Positions 52,616 to 64,000 of a stretch of 64,000 nucleotides of DNA are shown in pieces (position 1 is the stretch's first letter; each line of letters starts with the position of its first letter). A program made the translations under genes and the position numbers. Source of the stretch: Octopus vulgaris (taxonomy: Eukaryota). The stretch covers positions 206,274,001 to 206,338,000 of the forward strand of contig OX597814.1 of assembly GCA_951406725.2 (NCBI GenBank), given 5' to 3'. The notes under the pieces are model-generated. The model did not search any database. It was given only the letters and a program-made list of their open reading frames with translations, and was not told the origin of the DNA.

Positions 52616-54275
52616 ATGACTTTAAGAAGGCATATGATATGGTGTCTCATTCTTGGAGCGTTCAATGCCTGTAGATGTTTGGCGTTGCTGACAACATCAT
52701 AAATTTTCTGATGCATAGCATGAAAGAGTGGGAAACCAAATTGTAATCAATTAATGTATTCCTTGGAGAAGTTAATATTAAAAGGGGAATCTTCCAAGGT
52801 GACTCGTTTTCTCCGTTTTTGTAATTGCACTAATAATACCCATAACAATGACACTCAGGAAAGTTAAGATGGTTTACCGATGTGGGAAGAAAGGCCCATC
52901 ATTTAACCATCTTCTGTTTATGGACAACCTGAATTTGTTTGGGAAATCTGAAAAACAGATAGATTCCTTAACCAAATCAGTCCAGAAGTGTGGTAGAAAC
53001 ATCGGTATGGTATTTGAGATTACCAAATGCTCAGTACTTAATATGAAAAGAGGGAAGAAAGCAGCCCCTGCAGAGGATTGTGGCTACCAGCAGGAGAGAC
53101 CATTGGTGAACCCAACGGTAGTAGGTATAGGTATTTAGGGATTTTGGAGCTGGATGACATTCTACACAGAAAAATGAAAGTCAAGGTCAGCGAGGCGTAT
53201 CAAAAAAGGGTGAAGATGGTGTTGAAATCTAATCTGAATGCCAAAAATCTGGACAGTTGTGGTGGTCAGATATAGTGTGTCCATCCTCAAATGGACTAAG
53301 GAGGAAAAATCAACATTGGATAGAAGGACGAGAAAGTTGATGAGGCTGCATGGGGCGCTACACCCTAAAGCAAACATAAACAGACTGTATATGAACAGAC
53401 AAAATGGTGGCAGAGGACTAATTAGTATAGAGTCTATACTATAGACCATATTATAAGGAGTGAAATGAGAACGATTGCCGAGTATTTGATAAATAGTGAT
53501 GAAGACCTGCTGCAATATGCCGCGAAAGACATGGGTGTCAATGCAGATGAAATGATGGGCGAGGAGGAGATTAAGGAAAGAGCTGAGAAGTAGAGAAAAG
53601 AAGACCTTCTTGAAATGAGAATGCATGGACAGTTTGAAAGGAATACACAAAATGTTAATGATAATACAGCATTGTGCGCATGGCTTGAGCGGGGTGATTT
53701 GAAGCGTACTACCGAAAGCCTGATCACTGCTGCACAAAACCAGGCTCTCGCTACCAATTCATTGAAGTATAACATCTCTAAAACTTCTGACACCCAGAAA
53801 TGTGGATTCTGTGGAAAGAGTGTGGAAAATGTGACCCACTTAGTAAGTGGATGTGAGAGCCTTGCACAAAAAGAATACAAGCACCGCCACGATAAAGTGA
53901 CTCTTATACCATAAATGCCAAGTAAAGTTGTGCAGGAGGATGGAAAAGTAACGATATTCTGGGACTATGATATTTCAGACGGATCGTGTAATCGAATACC
54001 GTCGGTCGGATATTGTCATATTGAATAAGAGAGACCAATACGATCAGATCATTGATGTAGCCATACCAAATGATATGAATGTTGTGAGTGAAGAGGTTGA
54101 AAAAATTACGAAGTACTCTGAATTGAAAGTGGAAATGGCAAGGCTGTATGGAATGCGAGAGAGTAATGTAAAAGTGATACCAGCGGTGATCGGAGCGTTG
54201 GGCTCAATCCCATTAAAACTTCAAAACTTCTTAAGGAAACTGGAAATCCTATGCAAGATTGATGGCTTATTTTAA
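52615..54275 (+). pseudogene. Old degenerate R4-like LINE (RT + RLE), family D
   Basis: DFKKAYD, GIFQGDS, HLLFMDNL, YRYLG, RLYMNRQNGGRGL, CGFC, RHD, RSDIVI. Confidence 0.85.
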
Positions 54276-54399
54276 TAAATGCCTGAACATGTGCAACAAG
54301 TCATTTATTAAATTGCATTACTCATATACGACTCTTGTATTTCATTTATCTGATGTATTTATCTCGTATTTAATTTTGACTGGAGTGCTTTCGATTCTT

Positions 54400-55300
54400 T
54401 TCTACTCTAGAAAGAAGGCTTGAAAATATATGAGAGGGGGCCAGTCGATTAGATCGACCCCAGTACGCAACTGAATTTATCGACCCCGAAAGAATGAAAG
54501 GCAAAGTTGACCTCGACGGGATTTGAACTTAGAATGTAGCGACGGGCGAAATACCTATTTCTTTACTACCCACAAGAGGCTAAACATAGGGAGGACATCG
54601 ACCCCAGTGGGTAACTGGTACTTATTTAATCGACCCCGAAAGGATGAAAGGCAAAGTCGACGTCGGTGGCATTTGAACTCAGAACGTAGCGGCAGACGCA
54701 ATACCTTTCTTTACTGCCCACAAGGGGCTAAACACAGAGGGGACAAGCAAGGACAAACAAACGGATTAAGTCGATTACATCGACCCCAGTGCTTAACTGG
54801 TACTTAATTTATCGACCCCGAAAGTATGAAAGGCAAAGTGGAACTCGGCGGAATTTGAACTCAGAACGTAGAGGCAGACGAAATACCTATTTCTTTACTA
54901 TCCACAAGGGGCTAAACACAGAGAGGACAAACAAGGACAGACAAACGGATAAAGTCGATGATATTGACCTCGGCGGAATTTGAACTCAGAACGTAACGGC
55001 AGACGAAATACCGCTAAGCATTTCGCCCGGCGTGCTAACCTTTCTGCCAGCTTGCTGCTTAATAACTGGAGATAATAATCTTTTTTGCTACAGGCACAGG
55101 GGAAGAGATTTCAAGGGATCGGGGTGGGGACTATCGATGACATCGACCCCAGTGATCATCAGGTACCTATTTCATCAATCCTGAAAGCATGGAAAGCAAA
55201 GTCGATCTTGGCAGAATTTGAACTCAGAACGCAAAGATGGACGAAATACTGCTAAGCATTTTGTCCAATATGCTAACGATTCTGCCAGCTCACTACCTTA
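54400..55300 (-). mobile_element. Cluster of tandem and partial Nin-core SINEs
   Basis: About five repeats of cgaccccgaaaggatgaaaggcaaagtcgac/gaatttgaactcagaacg, with tRNA-like heads at ~55060 and ~55298. Confidence 0.85.
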
Positions 55301-55307
55301 ATAGCGA

Positions 55308-55390
<83 letters not shown>

Positions 55391-55447
55391 CACCATCATT
55401 ATTATTATTAATATTATTATTATTATTATCATTATTATTATTATTAA

Positions 55448-55504
<57 letters not shown>

Positions 55505-55542
55505 CACCATCATTATTATTATTAATATTATTATTATTATTA

Positions 55543-55630
<88 letters not shown>

Positions 55631-55652
55631 CATCACTATTATTATTATTATT
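55308..55652. repeat. (ATT)n microsatellite with an internal ~114-bp higher-order duplication
   Basis: The interruption pattern 'caccatcattattattattaata' occurs at 55391 and 55505. Confidence 0.9.
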
Positions 55653-57778
55653 CAGTAGTTTTATTTTTATTTTTATAGCGTGCTTTCACTTCACTACCGA
55701 GCGCAGCTCTGTGTGCCTTGGGTATGTGCTGTGATTTGTTGTGATGCTCTGATGGTTATTGTATGGAAAGTGTTCTGCGTAGGATGTGTGCAGTGCCTAG
55801 TAGTGCAATTTTCTGTATGTTATATGTGTTTGTAAGTCCTGGTGTTTTTGTTATGTATTTGTCTGAATATTTTTTTATCATGCCTAATGCACCTACTATG
55901 ATAGGAATTGTTTCTGTTTTCAGATTCCACATTCTAGTTACCTCTATTTCCAGGTCTTTGTATTTTGAGAGTTTCTCCATTTCTTTTAGAGAAACGTTGT
56001 CATCTGCCGGTACTGATACATCAATTAGAAAGCATTTTTTTCTTCATGGTCTCTGACAACTATATCTGGTCTGTTGGCCTTAATTTCTCTATCTGTGTGT
56101 ATCGGCATATCCCAGAGTATGGTTGCTTTCTCGTTTTCTGTGACCTTTTCTGGTGTGTGCCTATACCATCTTTTTTCTGTTGTTATTCCATAATGTTGGC
56201 ATAGCTTCCAATGTTTGTAAGTTCCAACTCTGTCATGTCTGTGAATATATTCCTTCTTAGCCAGGACTGGGCAGCTAGAGATAATATGATTTATTGTTTC
56301 TTGTCCATCTCCACATATTCTGCAGTTACTTGTAATATTTCTTTTCATTACATGTTTTTGGTAATTTCTGGTGGGGAGGCTTTGGTCTTGTGCTACAATT
56401 AAAAATCCCTCTGTTTCTGCTTTGAGTCCTGAGCTGGGACCATTGCTGGGATTTTTCTTTGTCTATTTCTTTTGCGTTTAGTTTAGTCCAGTATTTACCA
56501 TGAAGGGGCTTTTCTTGCCATCGTTTTATCATGGTTCGTTGCTATTCTATTTTTAGTTTGGATTTCATTTTTTTTATAGCTTTTGTTGTTTCTTCATCTT
56601 CTTCTTCTTCTTCTTCATGTTTATTAGGTGGTATGATTTCTTGTTTGTATTTGTCAGCTTCCTTAAATACTGAGAACAGTTTTTTGTTTTGCTCGTGTTT
56701 TGCCGCTATCTGGATCAGTTTTCCTTCCTTCTGAAGTAGATATTTTTGCAGTCCTATGGTGGTTATTTTATAGTAGTTTTCCAGCTGTATAAGGCCTCTA
56801 CCACCTTCTATACGTTGTATATATAGTCTTTCTATGTCAGATTTTGGGTGATGCATCCTAGATCCTGTCATTATTTTTCTTGTTTTCCTGTCTATTTTGG
56901 TCAGTTCATTTCGTGTCCAGTTAAGGATATTGTAGCTGTAACTTATAACTGGGACAGCTAAAGTGTTGATACCTATTATCTTGTTTTTAGCATTGAGCTC
57001 TGTGTTTAGTATTGATCTAACTCGTCTATAATATTCTTTTTTTATTTTCTCTTTCATTCGTGTGTGTTGTGTCTTATCTAGTTCATGGATTCCTAAGTAT
57101 TTGTAAGTTTGGCTTTGGTCTAATTCTTTTATTTCATTTGCTTCATCTAGTGTGATGTTGTTACTCTTAACTAGTTTTCCTCTTTTCATGGTTACTTTGG
57201 CGCATTTTTCTAATCCAAATTTCATATCTATTTCTTTGGTAAATCCATGAACTGTCTTTAATAGTGTTTCCAGCTGTTTGTCATTTGCAGCGTATAGTTT
57301 TAGGTCATCCATATATAAAAGGTGGCTGATCGTTTTGCCGTAACATTTATATCCGCATCCAGTTCTATTTAGCATATCAGATAGAGGTGACAGTGCCAAG
57401 CAGAAAAGGAGTGGAGAGAGCGTATCTCCCTGGAATATTCCTCTTCTAATGGGGATGTCTTTGGTTTTCATGAGTCCCTCTTTTGTTTGGAGGTGTAGGA
57501 CTGTTTGCCATTTATTCATAGAGTGCTCTATGAATTTTATGATTGTTGGTGCTACTTTGTTAATGGCTAGTGTTTCGAGGATCCATGTGTGGGGGATGCT
57601 ATCAAACGCCTTTTTGTAGTCAATCCAGGCCATACTGAGGCCTTTCTTCTTTCTGTGGCTGTCTTCAGTTATGGCTTTATTAATCATTAGTTGATCTTTA
57701 CAGCCATATGAGCCTTTGCGGCATCCTTTCTGCTCTTCTGGGAACAGTTTGTTTTCGTCCAGGTGCTTGTTCAGCCTT
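55653..57778 (-). mobile_element. 5'-truncated R4/Dong family-C copy, 2.1 kb (RT + RLE)
   Basis: ORF 56542-57687 WIDYKKAFD, GIFQGDTLSP, YMDDLKLY; flanked by (ATT)n. Confidence 0.93.
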
Positions 57779-57812
57779 TTATTATTATTATTATTATTGT
57801 TGTTGTTGTTGA

Positions 57813-58801
<989 letters not shown>

Positions 58802-58804
58802 GAG

Positions 58805-59700
58805 GGGCTGGAATTAACAAAATTAATGTTGTAACTCCCAGAAAATGAACTTTTATTTAGCAGACTGGTATTATGAGAAGATATAATTTGTGAAAGATTT
58901 TTTGTGTTGGAGAAGTCAACTCTAACTATAAGAGAATTAATAATTTTTTGGAAAGTTCCTAGCAACCACATCACGGAATTGTAAAGGAAGATTAAATTTA
59001 ATTTGTTTTCTATACGGAATAACAAACCAGAGAGTTTTCCTAGTAACATTCAAATTGTAAGCGGTATTATCTTTAAAGAACAGTGAAATACCTCTAGAGT
59101 GGAAAAATGGGCTTAAATAACACTTGACTCCCTTACTCCGTACAGGAATTTTATTATGTTTTGTGTTGTTTACAATATTAGAATTAAAATCACTCTTATT
59201 ATTACAACTAGATTTCTTGTCTTGAACAGTAGATGATGGACGAAATTGAGCAGAATCAATGTATGTAACTTTTTCTTTATATCCTGCTTTAACTAAGGCA
59301 TAAAAGGTTATAAAAATTCTGCCTTGTCGTTAAAAATGTCAACATTGGCGAATAGTTTAGACAATCTAACTGAAATGATTTTAACTAAATTCTTAGTAAT
59401 TGCCCTAGCGAGATTACTGGAAGGACTAATATAATTGAGATTTGTGGAAGGTGTGTGGTATGGGAAGTACGAGTTATTTTGTAAATTAAGAATAATATCT
59501 AAGAAGTTAGCCTTAGTTAACTCATCGTCAAAAACAATGTGAAAGCCCATTCTACGAAAAAAACCTAACTAATCTATTCTTAACCTTCTATTTCAGTTAG
59601 ATTGTCTAAATTAACAGTATCATAATTTCTGATGTATCAACTTTAGGTTGGCTGAGTTTGATATCAGGGAACATTCTCGGCTACTTCTTGTAGGTGAAGC
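58805..59700 (-). pseudogene. Penelope-like RT C-terminal/thumb relic
   Basis: NFLDIILNL..Y.PY..P....YI...SN...I.K....I..RLS and NLSQIISSHN match PLE RT-EN linker motifs. Confidence 0.75.
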
Positions 59701-60535
59701 CTTCTTTTTGAACCTTCTTCCATTCTTTTCTGAATTCTTGAAACAGTTGATGGAGTTACAGACCAATCAGCTGCTGTCTTACTCACACACTTCTACATTT
59801 TTTTACCAAATTTCAATCTGAGCTCGTTTCTCATGCTTCTTCTTTGTCATTTTTATTTGGCATCTGAAGATGAATTTGGACATGACTGTCAAGAAAAGTG
59901 CTTACACAGACAAGATTTTTTGAGTTTTCTAGTGTTAAAAATAACATTTTGGAAAATCCAATTTACTAAAAGTAATAAGCCTATCTAAATGTGCAGGGGT
60001 AACTAAAGCTTCTCGGGTTATTGTGCATGCATGTATAAAATTGGGTTATCCGCATGAATGATGTTAATGTATTATTTACAGATATAGATTTACAATTTTA
60101 CGCATATATTTATATATTTCACAGGCACAGGAAATAGTTTACCCCTATTCAGGCATAGTTCTGATAATACAGTCTGTCTACCACCACTTGGGTTCTGTTT
60201 TGATCAGGAAAGCACAGAGGAAGGTTGTTTTGTTGGTTGAGAAATATTATCGATGCTTTTAAGAAATTGGCTTACTTTTTGTTTCCCAGTATTTGTTGTA
60301 CGTATATCATTGAAATCGAGAGACTCGCAAAAGGTAAGAGAATTATTATTTCCTTGGTTTAGCAACATGTCAGTGTTGCGGGAGTAGATCTATGATACAA
60401 GACGTTCTAACCTTGACCACCACCCTCTCTATTCACATGCATTATCCACCAATGTATTTCCTTTCTAAGAATTGAAGGAATGATTTGAGAGATATTTGGC
60501 TGTTGTTTTTAGTATTTTGTCTTCTTTGGATGGGT

Positions 60536-61330
60536 TTACTGTGAGACGAGGTGTCTGTCTGAGGATAAAGCATGAATCAATCTGGTTTTCTTTTTTTCTC
60601 TGGGGTTGGAATCCCTATAAATGCTGTTGCCTTTCCTTTCCTGTTTGTTATTGTTATTTTTGTTGCTTAACACCTTTTCATCCAGAAGAAGACTATGTCT
60701 TCTCGTGAAGAAGTTTCTGTGATGTTCACTACTCCTCCTCTCAATATCTCTGTATACTTCTGCCTGGTTCTCATTAAATGTTTTGTTTACTGAATTTGTT
60801 TTGTTTATTCTCTTCTGATTTCGGGGTTTCCCACTCACAGCTTTTAACGCCTCTTTGAGAGAGATCAGTTCGTAATTGAGTGTCCTCTTTTTGCTATCCC
60901 CAAACATCACTTCTATCTCCTTCTTCTCTTCTTCTTGGTGAACTTTTAATACCGTGTCTGGTAGTCTTTTGCTTACTTTGATATAGAATTCTCTCTCTTC
61001 GAGAGCGTGCTTCGAAATCAAAGTTATTTCTTCTTGAAAAATTTTTAGTCGGGGCACCGCCATATATCCCTGACTACTATTGCTACTTTCGCAGTAAAAT
61101 GATTTAGTTGTGGTTGCAGATCGTCCATGTATGGTTCCAATCTGATCAAACATCCAACGACGGGGTTTTATTTAGCTCTTCCATAACAATTAATAAATCT
61201 GTCCTCAATTCATAAATCCAAGTAAAAAAATGAGTTTTGTGGTTAGGGTTTCTTCTCTAACTACAGCTAGAAAGAATCTGTTTATCTGTTGAGCTGTTGT
61301 TTTTGTTCTGTTCCTTGGTTGTGTTGTTGT
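60536..61330 (-). pseudogene. Degenerate R4-like LINE N-terminal region
   Basis: LISLKEALKA...NKTFNENQAEVYRDI aligns with LISIKETLKQ...NKLFTSNAKKFYREI of family A. Confidence 0.6.
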
Positions 61331-61475
61331 TGATGTTGTGTCCAGCCATGTTGTTTGTAGTAAATCTCTGCATGCTAAATTCAAGTTTCAGTCGAAAATC
61401 AATACAATCTTTAATAAAAGGCTCCTTCAGTTAATTCATCTGGAGATTAACCAGTTATTTAACAGGGCTTCAAAG

Positions 61476-61635
61476 ATGTATGTATGTATGTATGTATGTA
61501 TGTATGTATGCATGCATGCATGCATGCATGTATGTATGTATGTATGTATGTATGTATGTATGTATGTATGTATGTTTGTATGTATGTATGTATGTTTGTA
61601 TGTATGTATGTATGTATGTATGTATGTATGTATGC
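61476..61635. repeat. (TATG)n tetranucleotide microsatellite
   Basis: Directly visible. Confidence 0.98.
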
Positions 61636-62128
61636 ATATATGTTTGTGTTTATGTATGTCATTGTTCAGTTTTATTTCAAGATTCCTTGCCAATGGAGAA
61701 AGAACCGGTTTGTAACCTAGATTCAAGGCTATTCAATGGAATTTCAAGAACATCAACAGGGTGTTTTTCTTTGTATGTACGTAGCTATAAAAGCACCACA
61801 TCTCAAGCACCCAAGACAGAGCTGTGAGACAGAGAACAGACAACGCTATAAACTGCCACACATAGTCCTGAGGAAATCACATGCAGAGAACATTGAAAGA
61901 ATGGCCTAGCTTAGAGATGACCTGTTCACTTCACAACTGGATTTCCTTGTCTGTCTTCAAAATCACACAAAGAAAAGCAACATCCCAACTCTCCACAACT
62001 TGGTCGTTCGTCCTAACGATATCTTTCCTTCTGAAACGAAGAAAATAAATACCGCCTTAACTAAAAATCCCTCAACCACGTTTCCGTCTTTATATATGTT
62101 TCTCTCTCTTCTGTTTTTGTAAATTTAA

Positions 62129-64000
62129 CCCATTAAGTCCCAGAGTACTGAGATGTTTGAATATTACTTTTAAATTTTCAAAGATGATTGAAAAAAAGGG
62201 TAAGATAATAAAAATCAATTATAAAAACTGCTTTACTTCAAGTAGAAATGGAAATACACGGGTTTTCCATAAAGAGGATCCTGGCTCAATGTGATACTTT
62301 CATAAATTCAAAATCCCTCATATGTTATCTGTTAATATATTCTATTGGTATTAAAGTTTGTATGTAAAATGGCTAAAGTTTTTGAAAGAATACAGCGAAA
62401 TAATAGAGCGAAATACAAAAAATACGATACAATTAAAGATTGAAATACAAATCATACAAAAAAACAAGATTGAAGGAAATCAATTTATAAGACTATGCCT
62501 TGAGGAAATGGGCCAAAACAGTCTTGACTCAGGGTGACGTTGCACTTTTCACAATAATTTAGTGGTTTCCTGTTGTACGACTTATTTTGACAACGTCGTT
62601 GCTGATCTCGTTTAGCTATTATATGGCCTTTCAAATCAAATTGAACGTCAGCATTTGGTGTGGATAGTGTGATCGTCTATGTTTATTGTTCAGATTGCTT
62701 AGCAGTGGAGAGCTTTAGATATGAAACGCATAGATATCTCCTGAAATCGAGTAAATATTTATGTTTCCTCCTTTCCCTCGTTGATCAGTTTGTAAATAGT
62801 CCACGCATTGACAACAGTCCTATCAATGACTCTAGCCAACAATGGTCTGCACCACTTTATGCGTCTAATTGAGGTTGCACATTTTGACACCAACCAGTCT
62901 GGCTTGTCAACTTCACCCGTGCAATTGTTATATGAGCCGCAAACATGGGGTCGGGTCACATTGCCCTTGCTTTTACTTCCTTTACTCTAGCGTTGTACAT
63001 TGCAAATGGGTTCGACTGAATCAGGATTAGTCCCAATTCTCAAACATTTAGTGTCAAGCCAACTAACTACAAGGATTTCATTATTGATTTCAAATCTATA
63101 ATCATATCAACATCTTCGCTCCTTTCTCATCAATGCTCTTTCCTTTAGAGGACATCTCTTGAGACAATTATCTCTCGTAGCAGTTGTTTCAAATGCCATT
63201 TGCCCGAGATGCACTAACGGATCATACTTTGTGAATATATTATCAAAATATACGGATTGTGACCAAGGATCATCTACCACTCCAAGAAACTTTCCTTCCA
63301 AGTGGAAGATCGTCTTCGGGTCCTTTTTGAATTCTCTTGCCACAATACAGATCAAAGTTGTAACAAAATCCTGAAACACCGCACAATGCCCAAAACTTTT
63401 AACGAAATCTTATGGGTTTCCCTTTTATAAATTGTTTGAGTGAATTATGCCCCAATAGCATTTGACCATCATTACATCGACTGACAGACTCTTTTCACAA
63501 ATTTCGAATCTATTGAAGGAATTCTGAACCATATTAAAGAGAAAACGAACTGCATAATATTTATCATCTTTATTCTCCTCCCAATTTTCGTTATTCTGAA
63601 GTGAATGGTGCTATAAAGATGCCGGAGTGGATTTCTTGTAATAGCAGTTTTGATTAATGGCACACCCAGATCTTCGTCACTTGACCAGAGTGGTTTCTTG
63701 TGAGGGGTAACCTAAGATAACTGGAATATATTAGAACTCCAAGAACTGTTTCCATTCATCTACAGAAAAGGTTTCGGTTTTAATCCTTCCGGGCCGCAGA
63801 ATATCGAACGTTTTCTTTCGCTGTGTAGTCATATATTTCTGGTGTTTGCATTTCCTCAAACATTTCAACAGGGCTGCGTTATTGCAGAGCATCTTGCATT
63901 TTTCTAAAACATTCTAACTAATTCTTAATTCTTGGCTGAGCTTTTTGTGTATTCAAGTATCTCTTTCGATGTAATCGAGGTGCTCCTCCCGCAAATATTT
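62129..64000 (-). mobile_element. piggyBac transposon relic (runs past the window end)
   Basis: TTAA|CCC end at 62125-62131. Minus-strand YFDNIFT, YNNCTGEVDKPD, VIDRTVVNAW, KQFIKGKPIRF and SDEDLGVPLIK; many lesions. Confidence 0.85.

Noticed and set aside
54990-55062. tRNA gene
   Set aside because: A/B-box-like head belongs to a multi-copy SINE; no complete cloverleaf.
62660-63663. Domesticated PGBD gene
   Set aside because: Multiple stops and frameshifts, altered catalytic region, and a retained TTAA-CCC terminus indicate a dead transposon.

Overview
Eukaryotic, AT-rich, transposon-dense DNA. The SINE families point to an octopod cephalopod (inference). The first ~46 kb is a head-to-tail segmental duplication: copy A runs <1-~20.6k and copy B ~20.6k-45.85k, with an offset of about 22.5 kb before the minisatellite and about 24.3 kb after it. 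Each unit carries the only apparent host gene, an uninterrupted 731-aa ORF that I cannot assign to a family. It has a signal peptide, a ~200-aa six-Cys glycosylated ectodomain and ~9-11 hydrophobic segments. Each gene is preceded by a 137-bp minisatellite (13 vs 26 units). The rest of each unit is nested TEs: a near full-length RTE LINE with TSD, Penelope GIY-YIG fragments, Tc1/mariner and R4/Dong relics, and SINEs. 46-59 kb is a cluster of R4/Dong-type (RT + RLE) LINEs, most inserted in (TAA)n tracts, including one near-intact element. The window ends with Penelope, R4 and piggyBac relics. The best candidate for undescribed biology is the duplicated orphan receptor-like gene, whose paralogs differ almost only at amino-acid-changing sites, together with its variable upstream array. 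Two degenerate ribozyme-like folds (hammerhead, HDV-like) were also found by eye.
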